Below are positions 47,744 to 57,001 of a stretch of DNA of 64,000 bases, one piece after another. A program made the position numbers and the translations under genes. The DNA comes from an uncultured Planctomycetia bacterium (GTDB lineage: Bacteria > Omnitrophota > Gorgyraeia > Gorgyraeales > Gorgyraeaceae). The stretch lies in assembly GCA_964415355.1 (NCBI GenBank), contig CAYPYS010000006.1, positions 752-64,751 on the forward strand, read 5' to 3'. Below the pieces are notes generated by a model that saw only the letters and a list, made by a program, of their open reading frames with translations, was not told the DNA's origin and made no database searches. Position 1 is the stretch's first letter; every line of letters starts with the position of its first letter.

Positions 47744-48253
47744 ATGATACATATTTACACGGGTAATGGAAAAGGGAAGACTAGTGCGGCGTTTGGGCTG
47801 GCAATGAGGGCAAGCGGCCAGGGGCTCAAGGTCATTATATTTCAGTTTCTAAAGCCAAAGGAGATTGTGTCAGGCGAAGAGATCTCAGCAAAAAAGCTAA
47901 AGGGTTTAAAAGTGGTAAGATTTGACCAGGCGCACCCTATATTTAAAAATAAAAGCGAAGGCGTAAATAAGACTATAGAAGAAGATTTCGAAAAAACAAA
48001 AAAGGCTGCTTTAAGCGGTAAATACGATATGGTGGTGCTTGATGAGATCATCAATGTCGTGGACCAGGGTTTTATAAAAAAAGATAGTTTTATTAGTTTG
48101 CTAGGATCCGTTCCAGGGAAGTTAGAGTTAATCCTTACGGGCAGAGGTGATACTTTAGGGATAGAGGAATATGCGGATTATGTGACCGTAATGACAGATA
48201 AAAAACATCCTTTTAAAAAGACAACAGACGCACGGAAGGGTATAGAGTATTAA
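47744..48253 (+). CDS. cobO: cob(I)yrinic acid a,c-diamide adenosyltransferase (CobA/CobO/BtuR type)
   Basis: MIHIYTGNGKGKTSAAFGLAMRASG P-loop and overall 170-aa size. Confidence 0.8.
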   Translation: MIHIYTGNGKGKTSAAFGLAMRASGQGLKVIIFQFLKPKEIVSGEEISAKKLKGLKVVRFDQAHPIFKNKSEGVNKTIEEDFEKTKKAALSGKYDMVVLDEIINVVDQGFIKKDSFISLLGSVPGKLELILTGRGDTLGIEEYADYVTVMTDKKHPFKKTTDARKGIEY

Positions 48254-48263
48254 GGTTTTTTTG

Positions 48264-48303
48264 CTTAAGTATACTTTTAACATTGTTGAAATGTATACTT
48301 AAG
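48264..48303. repeat. 41-bp palindromic element, copy 12 (compensatory tatac variant)
   Basis: cttaagtatacttttaacattgttgaaatgtatacttaag. Confidence 0.85.
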
Positions 48304-48313
48304 GATTTTTTAA

Positions 48314-48342
48314 TTGACATAGCTGTAAAATAGTTGTATAAA
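48314..48342 (+). promoter_or_regulatory. sigma70-like promoter TTGACA-17-TATAAA
   Basis: read directly; located immediately upstream of the riboswitch. Confidence 0.45.
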
Positions 48343-48359
48343 ATAAGAAACCGAATATA

Positions 48360-48560
48360 TATTATATTGTTTAAGGGAAGCTGGTGTGAGTCCAGCGCAG
48401 CCCCGCTGCTGTAATAGGGTACGAAATCTGCAAAAAGTCATTGTCCTGGAGATTTAGGACGAGAAGGCGCAGAGATTAGAGCGATCCTTAAGTCAGAAGA
48501 CCTTGCAATGTGATCTTTAAAAAGCTACGCAGGGTAGCTTTGAGGGCCAAGTAAATCAGG
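48360..48560 (+). promoter_or_regulatory. cobalamin (AdoCbl) riboswitch
   Basis: GGGAAGCTGGTGTGAGTCCAGCGCAGCCCCGCTGCTGTAATAGGG core and AGTCATTGTCCTGGAGA B12-box-like segment; upstream of btuF. Confidence 0.7.
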
Positions 48561-48565
48561 GTGCA

Positions 48566-48600
48566 ACCCCGACTAAAAAAGTCGGGGTTTTTTATTTTGT
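48566..48600 (+). terminator. riboswitch expression-platform intrinsic terminator
   Basis: ccccgactaaaaaagtcgggg hairpin followed by ttttttatttt. Confidence 0.65.
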
Positions 48601-48606
48601 GATAAT

Positions 48607-49452
48607 ATGAGAAGATTTTTTATTATTAAATTTTTAATAATGTTTTTTCTAGCTTTTAGCAGCTATTCCTTTTCTTCGGAAGGCAAAAGGTTGAGGGTAG
48701 TCTCGCTTGCGCCGTCTACTACTGAGATATTGTTCGCGCTGAGGCTGGATGAGGAGATCGTAGGTGTAAGTTCATTCTGTAATTATCCCTTAAAAGCTCA
48801 GGAAAAAGATAAGATAGGGACTTTTAGCCACCCAAACATTGAAAAGATCCTGTCTCTAAAACCAGATATTGTGTTTTGTACAGGGCTTGAGCAGGCGCCT
48901 GTGATCAGTAAGTTAAAACAATTAAATCTGGAGGTCTTTGTCAGTGATCCGCAGAACATAGAAGAACTTTTTGATTCGATCAGGGATATGGCCGTGCTTA
49001 CAAGTCGCAGCAAAGAAGGCAAAGAGTTGATTAATAAAATGAAAAAAGGTGTAGAAGAAATAAGGTCAAAAACAGAGTCTATTCCAAAAGAAGACAGGGC
49101 GAGCGTTTTTATAGAATTTTGGAATGATCCCTTGATGAGTGCGGGTGATAATTCTTTTATCGGCGAATTGATCGCATTGGCTGGAGGCATAAATATTGCC
49201 CATGACGTTAAGAGACCTTATAGTTATTTTAGCCCCGAAGAAGTAATAAAGCGCAATCCCGATCGCATCATTCTGGCTTATATGGTCAATGAAGACGCGG
49301 CAAAGACAATAAGAAAACGCCTGGGCTGGAAAGATATATCAGCGGTTAAAAATAATCGCGTATATAGCGATGTTGATCCTGATATGCTTTTGAGGCCTGG
49401 ACCGCGTTTAGTAGAAGCCCTAGGGGAGTTATATAAAAGGCTATACCCGTAG
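48607..49452 (+). CDS. btuF: periplasmic cobalamin-binding protein of ABC transporter (BtuF/TroA-like)
   Basis: signal peptide; RVVSLAPSTTEILFAL...IVGVSSFCNYP. Confidence 0.75.
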   Translation: MRRFFIIKFLIMFFLAFSSYSFSSEGKRLRVVSLAPSTTEILFALRLDEEIVGVSSFCNYPLKAQEKDKIGTFSHPNIEKILSLKPDIVFCTGLEQAPVISKLKQLNLEVFVSDPQNIEELFDSIRDMAVLTSRSKEGKELINKMKKGVEEIRSKTESIPKEDRASVFIEFWNDPLMSAGDNSFIGELIALAGGINIAHDVKRPYSYFSPEEVIKRNPDRIILAYMVNEDAAKTIRKRLGWKDISAVKNNRVYSDVDPDMLLRPGPRLVEALGELYKRLYP

Positions 49453-49476
49453 ATTCCCGCTTTCGCGGGAATGACA
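49452..49476. repeat. REP2 copy
   Basis: gattcccgctttcgcgggaatgaca. Confidence 0.9.
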
Positions 49477-49480
49477 TGTG

Positions 49481-49519
49481 TTTAAGTTTACTTTTAACAT
49501 TGTTGAAAGTAAACTTAAG
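49481..49519. repeat. 41-bp palindromic element, copy 13 (short variant)
   Basis: tttaagtttacttttaacattgttgaaagtaaacttaag. Confidence 0.85.
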
Positions 49520-49529
49520 GGAGAAAATT

Positions 49530-50480
49530 TTGAAGAAGAAAATAGTATTTTTATTTTTAATATTGTTAGGCGTTGCGTTATTAGCGGTTAGCAAGGGGTC
49601 TGTTAGCTTGACCCTTAGGGAATTATTGCTTCAGGAAAATAGAAATATATTGTATCTGCGGTTTGCGCGTATTTTAATGGCGGCCCTGGCAGGCGCAGGC
49701 CTTGCAGTCTCAGGCATAGCGCTCCAGGCTATTCTGAGGAATTCGCTTGCCGAACCTTATATCCTGGGAACGTCTAGCGGCGCTGGGTTAGGGGCTATCT
49801 TGGCTATAATTATAGGTATAGGTGCTTCATTTTTACCTGTAATAGCATTTATAGGGGCAATATTAGCCATTGTACTAGTATATAACCTGGCAAAAGAAGG
49901 GAACCGCGTCGGTGTACAATCGCTTATTTTATCAGGGGTCATCGTGTCTATAGCGTTTTCTGCCATAATAGTCTTTATGGTTTCTCTGTCGAGCAACGAG
50001 GCCCTTCACGGGATGATGTGGTGGTTATGGGGGAATTTGCAAGTGTACGATGTTAAGCACTTATTTATAGTAGGCGCTATAGTGATAGCAGGCATTATCA
50101 TGATATATATATTGGCGCAAGATTTGAATGCGATAAGCATAGGAGAAGAAGAGGCAATGCATTTAGGTATAAACGCAGAGACAGTAAAAAAGATATTGTT
50201 CGTTATTACATCCATGATCACGGCGAGTCTTGTCTCCATATGCGGTATAATCGGTTTTGTGGGGCTCATTGTCCCTCACATGATGCGGTTTATAATAGGC
50301 CCTAACCATAAGGCGCTTATTCCTGCTACTTGCGTTGCAGCCGCGATATTTATGATAACATGCGATCTGATCTCCCGAATACTTTTGTCTCCGCTGGAGA
50401 TCCCTATAGGAGTCATTACAGCTGTTATAGGCGCGCCTGTGTTTATTATTTTATTGAAGCAGAAACAGAGGATCAGGTAG
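49530..50480 (+). CDS. btuC: cobalamin/siderophore ABC transporter permease (FecCD family)
   Basis: FecCD-like polytopic sequence; TTG start after aaggga RBS; the track's longer N-terminus is repeat-encoded. Confidence 0.7.
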   Translation: MKKKIVFLFLILLGVALLAVSKGSVSLTLRELLLQENRNILYLRFARILMAALAGAGLAVSGIALQAILRNSLAEPYILGTSSGAGLGAILAIIIGIGASFLPVIAFIGAILAIVLVYNLAKEGNRVGVQSLILSGVIVSIAFSAIIVFMVSLSSNEALHGMMWWLWGNLQVYDVKHLFIVGAIVIAGIIMIYILAQDLNAISIGEEEAMHLGINAETVKKILFVITSMITASLVSICGIIGFVGLIVPHMMRFIIGPNHKALIPATCVAAAIFMITCDLISRILLSPLEIPIGVITAVIGAPVFIILLKQKQRIR

Positions 50481-51278
50481 ATGCAGTCATTGGTCAGAGT
50501 GGATAGGCTTTCAGGAGGCTATTATAAAAAACTTGTAATAAAAGATGCCCTTTTTGAGATAAAAAAAGGGGATTTTTTGGGGATCATAGGGCCCAATGGT
50601 TCAGGTAAATCAACCCTTTTAAAGTTAATGACAAGGGTCTTGTCTCCGCAGTCAGGCAGTATTTTTCTTGAAGAAAAAGATATAAGAGGCATGGGGCTAA
50701 AAGAATTTTGCAGAAAGGTAGCGTTTGTGCCCCAGGATACGCTGATTAATTTTTCATTCAGCGTTGAAGAGATAGTGCTTATGGGCAGGATCCCGCATCT
50801 CAAGAGGATGCAGTTTGAGACAAAGAAGGACTTTTCAATAGCTTGCAATGCGCTTAAGCTGACAGATACCTTATATATAAAGGAGAAGGAGATAAGCCAG
50901 CTTAGCGCTGGCGAGCGCCAGAGAGTCATAATCGCAAAGGCGCTTGCGCAGGAGCCAATGCTTTTATTTCTGGACGAACCTACTTCCCATCTGGACATAG
51001 GCCACCAGGTGCAGATATTGGATCTATTGAAGAGGCTGAATAGAGAGAGCGGGCTTACAGTGGTTATGGTGATGCACGACCTGAATCTTGCGAGCGAATA
51101 TTGCAATAGGATAATGTTGTTTGATGAAGGCCGCATTTTTAAAGAGGGGACTCCTGAGCAAGTCCTGACCTATCAGAACATAGAAGCAGTATACAAGACA
51201 GTCGTGGTAGTGAAGAAGAGCCCTGTTTCTTCCAAGCCGTACGTAATACTGGTGTCGGGGAATAAGAGCATAGCCTAA
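50481..51278 (+). CDS. btuD: ABC transporter ATP-binding protein (BtuD/FecE-like)
   Basis: GIIGPNGSGKST Walker A; LSAGERQRV signature; LLFLDEPTSHLD Walker B. Confidence 0.8.
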   Translation: MQSLVRVDRLSGGYYKKLVIKDALFEIKKGDFLGIIGPNGSGKSTLLKLMTRVLSPQSGSIFLEEKDIRGMGLKEFCRKVAFVPQDTLINFSFSVEEIVLMGRIPHLKRMQFETKKDFSIACNALKLTDTLYIKEKEISQLSAGERQRVIIAKALAQEPMLLFLDEPTSHLDIGHQVQILDLLKRLNRESGLTVVMVMHDLNLASEYCNRIMLFDEGRIFKEGTPEQVLTYQNIEAVYKTVVVVKKSPVSSKPYVILVSGNKSIA

Positions 51279-51420
51279 GTTTACGCTTTAACATTGTTGA
51301 AGTAAAACCAGAGACGTTTACCGAGCCAATCGGGAACCTGTCTCATGTTTAAGGACAGGTTCCCGATTGGCTCGGTAAACGTCTCTAAAATACTTTAACA
51401 TTGTTGAAATGTAAACTTAG
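51274..51420. repeat. composite element: two 41-bp-element cores flanking a 33-bp-arm perfect inverted repeat (13-nt loop)
   Basis: ctaagtttacgctttaacattgttgaagtaaaac | agagacgtttaccgagccaatcgggaacctgtc-tcatgtttaag-gacaggttcccgattggctcggtaaacgtctct | aaaatactttaacattgttgaaatgtaaacttag. Confidence 0.85.
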
Positions 51421-51430
51421 ACAAGGTGAG

Positions 51431-51979
51431 ATGGCGACGAGATTGATATTGATCAGACATGGTGAGACAGATTATAGCACAGAGAAGAGATATTGCGGGC
51501 TTACGGATGTATGTTTGAACAAGAGGGGCATTGAACAGGCAGAAGGACTTTGTCAAAAACTTGGCGAAGAAGACGTTGATAAAGTCTATAGCAGCGATTT
51601 GAGGCGTGCATCAGAATTTGCGAAGATAGTATTTAAGAATAAAGAAATAGAACCCGCGCCTGAATTCAGGGAAATAAATTTTGGGATTTTTGAAGGATTG
51701 ACATATGAAGAGATCATGGATAGATATGCCGAGATATATAAAAAGTGGTTAAACGAGCCATACGAGAGCGTTATCCCTGAAGGTGATAGCTTGGCCGATT
51801 TTAAAAATAGGGTACAAAAGGCATTAAAAAAAATTATCCAGCTTAATAGAGGCAAGACATTGGCAATAGTTACTCATGCCGGGCCTATAAAGATAATAAT
51901 GAGAAATGTCACAAAATCCAAAAACATATGGGATATAAACCCTGAATTAGGAGGCTTCTGGAGATGCGCGTATGAGTAA
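51431..51979 (+). CDS. cobC: histidine phosphatase family protein (alpha-ribazole phosphatase CobC-like)
   Basis: RLILIRHGETDY RHG motif; operon context with cobU/T/S. Confidence 0.7.
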   Translation: MATRLILIRHGETDYSTEKRYCGLTDVCLNKRGIEQAEGLCQKLGEEDVDKVYSSDLRRASEFAKIVFKNKEIEPAPEFREINFGIFEGLTYEEIMDRYAEIYKKWLNEPYESVIPEGDSLADFKNRVQKALKKIIQLNRGKTLAIVTHAGPIKIIMRNVTKSKNIWDINPELGGFWRCAYE

Positions 51980-52499
51980 AATCACATTTATTTTAGGCGG
52001 GGCAAGGAGCGGTAAAAGTAAGTTTGCGACAGAAGAGGCTAAGGGGATCGGGAAAAAGGTTGCATTCATCGCAACCTGTAAGCCAATGGACAAAGAAATG
52101 GAAGAGCGTATCTCTATTCATAAAAAGGCAAGGCCAGCTGAATGGCAGACTTTTGAAGAGCCGCGGGATATACCTTTATTATTGAAAAAAATGAGCCGGG
52201 GATTCGAGGTTATTATAGTAGACTGCCTGACTCTCCTCGTGTCCAATCTGTTATTAGACGGATTTAAAGAAAAAGATATCGAGGAGAATATTAACGAGAT
52301 ACTTTTTGTATTAAATAAGCTAAAGGCTCATGTGATAATCGTATCCAATGAAGTAGGATTAGGTATAGTCCCGGATAATAAACTTGCAAGAGAATTCAGG
52401 GATATTGCCGGCAGGGTGAATCAGCTAGTAGCAAAGGAAGCCAATAAAGTGTTTTTTATGACATCCGGCCTGGCTTTAAAGATAAAAGGAGAGAAGTAA
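51972..52499 (+). CDS. cobU: adenosylcobinamide kinase / adenosylcobinamide-phosphate guanylyltransferase
   Basis: [17 protein letters not shown]-loop; 175 aa. Confidence 0.85.
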   Translation: MSKITFILGGARSGKSKFATEEAKGIGKKVAFIATCKPMDKEMEERISIHKKARPAEWQTFEEPRDIPLLLKKMSRGFEVIIVDCLTLLVSNLLLDGFKEKDIEENINEILFVLNKLKAHVIIVSNEVGLGIVPDNKLAREFRDIAGRVNQLVAKEANKVFFMTSGLALKIKGEK

Positions 52500-53554
52500 T
52501 GAATAAAACAAAGAAAGCCATTGCAAAGATAGGAGAAGTCGATAAGGGCCTTATGGATAAGGCACAGGAGAGGCTCGATAATCTCACTAAGCCTCAGGGC
52601 AGCCTGGGTCGATTAGAGGAACTTGCAAAACTTATCGTCGGTATTACTGGAAAAGAAAATCCTATGCTTAAAAACAAGGTCATTTTTACTCTTGCGGGTG
52701 ACCATGGCGTGACAGAAGAAGGCGTGAGTGTTTTTCCAAAAGAGGTGACTCCTCAGATGGTCTATAATTTTTTAAGGGGCGGGGCGGGTATAAATGTATT
52801 GGCAAATCATGTTGGCGCGAAAGTCAGAGTAGTGGATGTCGGAGTGGATAGCGGCCTGGAGTTACATCCGGAATTAATTGTTAAAAAAATAGACTATGGC
52901 ACAAAGAATATGACAAAAGGTCCTGCAATGACAAAGGAACAAGCGACAAGGTCAATAGAGGCAGGGATAGAGGTGTTCGAAGAGGAATTCAATAAAGGTA
53001 TAGATATAGTCGGCACTGGTGATATGGGAATTGGAAATACTACGCCGAGTAGTGCCATAACAGCTGTTTTTACTGGTAAACCAGTCGAAGAGGTTACGGG
53101 AAGAGGCACTGGTGTCGATAACAGCGGTTTAAAAAACAAAATAGATATTATTAAAAGAGCTCTTAAAGTAAATAAGCCGGATCCAAAAGACGCAATAGAT
53201 GTGCTGTCAAAGGTAGGTGGTTTTGAAATAGGTGGGCTTGCCGGAATAATACTTGCAACTGCTTCGCGAAGGATCCCTGTTGTAATAGATGGTTTTATCT
53301 CAGGCGCCGCAGCGCTTATAGCGTATCATCTAGAGCCAAAGGTTAAGGATTACATGATCGCAGGGCATTGCTCAGTGGAGAGCGGACACAAGATTATCTT
53401 GCAGCATATAGGACTTGAACCCGTATTAGACCTAAATCTGAGGCTCGGTGAGGGGACAGGGGCTGCGCTCGCAATGAGCATAATAGACGCAGGCCTTAAG
53501 ATCATGACACAGATGGCGACATTTAAGGGCGCCGGAGTTTCGGAAAAATGCTAA
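52499..53554 (+). CDS. cobT: nicotinate-nucleotide--dimethylbenzimidazole phosphoribosyltransferase
   Basis: [14 protein letters not shown] and overall CobT similarity. Confidence 0.9.
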   Translation: MNKTKKAIAKIGEVDKGLMDKAQERLDNLTKPQGSLGRLEELAKLIVGITGKENPMLKNKVIFTLAGDHGVTEEGVSVFPKEVTPQMVYNFLRGGAGINVLANHVGAKVRVVDVGVDSGLELHPELIVKKIDYGTKNMTKGPAMTKEQATRSIEAGIEVFEEEFNKGIDIVGTGDMGIGNTTPSSAITAVFTGKPVEEVTGRGTGVDNSGLKNKIDIIKRALKVNKPDPKDAIDVLSKVGGFEIGGLAGIILATASRRIPVVIDGFISGAAALIAYHLEPKVKDYMIAGHCSVESGHKIILQHIGLEPVLDLNLRLGEGTGAALAMSIIDAGLKIMTQMATFKGAGVSEKC

Positions 53555-53559
53555 CGGCG

Positions 53560-53598
53560 CTAACTTTACACTTCAACAACGTTAAAGTGTAAAGTTAG
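53560..53598. repeat. 41-bp palindromic element, copy 15 (subfamily 2, ctaac termini)
   Basis: ctaactttacacttcaacaacgttaaagtgtaaagttag. Confidence 0.85.
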
Positions 53599-53606
53599 AG
53601 ATCAAT

Positions 53607-54356
53607 ATGAAAAACTTTTTATTGGCCTTACAATTTTTGACGATTATTCCTGTTAAAGTCAGGGGCGTTGAGGAGAAAGACATAGGGCGCTCGGTCGTGT
53701 ATTTTCCTCTGGTCGGGTTATTTTTGGGCCTTATTTTAACAGGCGCTAATAATCTTTTTTTGTTTCTGGGCTTCGGAGAAGTTTTTATAAATATTACCCT
53801 GGTTGTCTTGCTGATTGTCCTTACAGGCGGGATCCATATGGATGGTCTGGCTGATACTGCAGATGCCTTCCTGAGCAGAAAGAATAAAGATGAGATGCTG
53901 AGGATCATGCGTGATTCACGGATAGGCGCAATGGGCGTCTTGGCTCTTATTAGCGTTGTGCTTTTGAAAATAGTTTTTCTCTCGTGCGTAAATGTCCCTT
54001 TAAAACCCGCTTCACTTATTATTATGTGTGTTCTGAGCAGGTGGTGCTTGGTCTTTTCGCTATTTTTATTTCCGTATGCCAGGCAAGAAGGGAAAGCAAA
54101 ACTATACACAGAAAGCGCTAATTTTAGAGCACTTATTTTTTCTACGATAACTGTTTTATGCTGTGCATTTCTGTTTTTAAAAATACACGGGTTGCTGGTC
54201 TTATTGATAATAGCGATCTTAACTTACGCAATGGGACGTTTCATCGTAGGTAAGGTCGGTGGTATCACAGGAGATACGCTTGGCGCAGCAAATGAGATCA
54301 TAGAGGTGTCGGTGCTTTTTATTCTATGTTTATTGGGGAGGCTGATCTATGTATAA
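53607..54356 (+). CDS. cobS: adenosylcobinamide-GDP ribazoletransferase (cobalamin synthase)
   Basis: polytopic; MDGLADTADAF motif. Confidence 0.85.
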   Translation: MKNFLLALQFLTIIPVKVRGVEEKDIGRSVVYFPLVGLFLGLILTGANNLFLFLGFGEVFINITLVVLLIVLTGGIHMDGLADTADAFLSRKNKDEMLRIMRDSRIGAMGVLALISVVLLKIVFLSCVNVPLKPASLIIMCVLSRWCLVFSLFLFPYARQEGKAKLYTESANFRALIFSTITVLCCAFLFLKIHGLLVLLIIAILTYAMGRFIVGKVGGITGDTLGAANEIIEVSVLFILCLLGRLIYV

Positions 54357-55056
54357 TTCAGAGATAATATCATCCTGGAGCGGAGGAAAGGATAGCTGTC
54401 TTGCTTGTTATAAGGCAATCCAGGCAGGCTATAAAGTAAAACATCTTTTGAATTTTATCTCCAGGGAATCGGGTCGCGGGTGCTTTCATGGTATAGAAAA
54501 AAAACTCCTTAGGCTACAGGCAGAAGCAATAGGCATACCACTGACTCAAAAAGAAACAACAGCAGATATGAAAGAATACGAAAAAGAATTCAAGGAAGCT
54601 ATCTCAGAATTTAGAGATAAGGGCATAAATAAAATGGTCTTCGGCGACATCTATCTGGACGAGCATAAAGATTGGGTGGAGCGGGTCTGTGGAGATATAG
54701 GCATCGAGCCGCTCGAACCTTTATGGAATAAATCGCCCTTATCTCTTGTAGAGGAATTCGTGGACCTTGGCTTTAAATCGATTGTTGTCAGCTGCCACGC
54801 GGATAAATTCGAAAAGGATTTTGTGGGCAGAGTGATCGACAGGACGTTGATAGATGAATTAAAGGAAAAGAATATTTGCCCGTGCGGCGAAAACGGAGAA
54901 TTTCATACGTTTGTCGTTGACGGCCCAATGTTTAAAAAAAGAATAGATATAACAAAAAGTGAACCGGTTTTTAAAAAAGGTTTTTGGGAATATTATTTTT
55001 TGGACATCAAAGATTATGAGGTTAGAGAGAAGGGCCAGGTAGTCAAAACGAAATGA
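54349..55056 (+). CDS. PP-loop ATPase of the MJ0570/Dph6 (ATP_bind_4) family
   Basis: SSWSGGKDSCLACYKA PP-loop; GDI..DEHKDWVE; CGENGEFHTFVVDGP. Confidence 0.7.
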   Translation: MYNSEIISSWSGGKDSCLACYKAIQAGYKVKHLLNFISRESGRGCFHGIEKKLLRLQAEAIGIPLTQKETTADMKEYEKEFKEAISEFRDKGINKMVFGDIYLDEHKDWVERVCGDIGIEPLEPLWNKSPLSLVEEFVDLGFKSIVVSCHADKFEKDFVGRVIDRTLIDELKEKNICPCGENGEFHTFVVDGPMFKKRIDITKSEPVFKKGFWEYYFLDIKDYEVREKGQVVKTK

Positions 55057-56918
55057 GAATATATAGCGTAGCATTAAGCCTGATTTTCTTGTGTTTGCAT
55101 TGCTTGGTTTGCAATTTTGAAGTCGAGGCAAAAGAAGAGAATTCAGATTATTATAATATTGATTTAGAGAAGATTATCATTACCCCATCCAAGATAGAGC
55201 AGGGATATAAATACTCTACTCAAAACATAAGTATTGTCGGTAAGGAAGATATCGAAGCTAGTGCCGTTACTGAGGTAACAGAGATCCTGGACCTGTTGCC
55301 TTCAGTAGATATATTAGAGTACGGTTCTGCTGGTTCCACGAAGACTGTCCACACGAGAGGCGCTTCTTCTTCCCAGGTCCTGACCTTGATAGACGGAAGA
55401 CCTGTCAATACGCCCAGAGACGGAGTCACAGATTTTAATCAGATCCCTATTTCAAATATTGAAAGGATAGAGGTGCTGCGTGGGCCTGCCAGTAGTATGT
55501 ATGGGGCGAATGCCGTGGGAGGCGTTATAAATATAATAACAAAGAGCGGCGAAAAAAAGGCGCGCACTGAGATGCTGAATAAATTTGGCTCTTTCAATAC
55601 AAAGTTTTCCTCTTTTTCGCACGGCCGCAAGATAGATGAAATAGATTATTTTATATCCCATGATTACCTGGCTTCTCACGGCCACAGAGATAATGCTGAT
55701 TATTTAAGCAATAATGTGAATTGGAAATTCGGCTATGATCTGAATCCTGAGAATCATATGGGTCTTTCCGCAGGATATTATAATTCAGAGGCAGGTACGC
55801 CAGGGTTGCTCTCCAATACAGATCTTGATGACAGGCAGGAGAATTTTAAGAAATACATAGATTTTACTTATAACGGAAAGATGTTTGAAGGACAGGATAT
55901 TGTTTTGAAATTATTTCAGAATAGTGACAGGCTTGAATTTATAGAGACATTTGACCCTCTGGATAAAGATACTCACCATACCAAGATCTACGGATTGGAT
56001 ACCCAGATATCGCAGACTTTTTTCGATATATTTCGTACGGCATTAGGCTGCAGCTATCAAGAGCACAATCTAAATAGTTCAACCAGCAGCAAGCATACAT
56101 ATAATGCAAGGGCATTTAATTTTGAGACAGAGGTCGATATATTAGACAAAAGCACCTTGAAATTTGGCGCTCGCTGGGATGACTATTCAAATTTTGGAGA
56201 TAAGATAAGTCCGAGCGCAAGTTTTAATTTTTGGTTATTTGATAAAATAAAGGCCCATGCCTTGGCCGCCAAGTCTTTTAGGGCGCCTACCTTTAATGAC
56301 CTCTATTGGCCCAGGGAAGACTGGGGGATCTGGGGAGGAGTAGAGGGTAATTCCAGTCTTGGCCCTGAAAAGGCGGAGTCTTATGAGATTGGAATAAGCG
56401 GATATTTTTTAGAAAAGATAAAGACAGACATCACTTTGTTTAGAACAAACTTTGAGGATCTGATAGAATGGACCGTTGATGATGCCTGGTGGTGGCGGCC
56501 TCAAAATACGAGTTCTGCTGTAACAAAAGGCCTTGAGCTCGAGACAGAAGTCGTTCTAAAGGATAATCTCAAAGCCAATTTTAATTATACTTATCTGGAA
56601 TCCAAAAACAAGAACACGAGAAAATGGTTGATATATCGTCCGCGTCATTTATATAAGCTAAGATTGACATTTTCACCTTTTCCTAAATATGAACTTGGGG
56701 CGAACGCTATATTCAAGACGAAGAGGTTTGCTAATGCTGCGAATACGAGCATCCTCGATCATTATTTTATAGTAAATTCGAACCTGTCTTATAAAATAAA
56801 TGACAGCGTCAGTGTCTTATTAGAGGCTAAAAACATATTTGATAAATATTATGAGGAGGAAAGGGATTATTCAATGCCGGGCCGCGCCTTCTACACCGGC
56901 ATTAAATTGGGCTTCTAA
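55053..56918 (+). CDS. btuB: TonB-dependent outer-membrane receptor (vitamin B12/BtuB-like by context)
   Basis: signal peptide; plug VEVLRGPASSMYGANAVGGVINIITK; beta-barrel; C-terminal Phe. Confidence 0.8.
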   Translation: MRIYSVALSLIFLCLHCLVCNFEVEAKEENSDYYNIDLEKIIITPSKIEQGYKYSTQNISIVGKEDIEASAVTEVTEILDLLPSVDILEYGSAGSTKTVHTRGASSSQVLTLIDGRPVNTPRDGVTDFNQIPISNIERIEVLRGPASSMYGANAVGGVINIITKSGEKKARTEMLNKFGSFNTKFSSFSHGRKIDEIDYFISHDYLASHGHRDNADYLSNNVNWKFGYDLNPENHMGLSAGYYNSEAGTPGLLSNTDLDDRQENFKKYIDFTYNGKMFEGQDIVLKLFQNSDRLEFIETFDPLDKDTHHTKIYGLDTQISQTFFDIFRTALGCSYQEHNLNSSTSSKHTYNARAFNFETEVDILDKSTLKFGARWDDYSNFGDKISPSASFNFWLFDKIKAHALAAKSFRAPTFNDLYWPREDWGIWGGVEGNSSLGPEKAESYEIGISGYFLEKIKTDITLFRTNFEDLIEWTVDDAWWWRPQNTSSAVTKGLELETEVVLKDNLKANFNYTYLESKNKNTRKWLIYRPRHLYKLRLTFSPFPKYELGANAIFKTKRFANAANTSILDHYFIVNSNLSYKINDSVSVLLEAKNIFDKYYEEERDYSMPGRAFYTGIKLGF

Positions 56919-56953
56919 CTTTACATTTCAACAACGTTAAAGTGTAAAGTTAG
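56915..56953. repeat. 41-bp palindromic element, copy 16 (subfamily 2)
   Basis: ctaactttacatttcaacaacgttaaagtgtaaagttag; supplies TAA stop of btuB. Confidence 0.85.
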
Positions 56954-57001
56954 GCGCGATTGATTTGACAAAGCAAAGGGCAATTGTTATTATATAGACA
57001 A

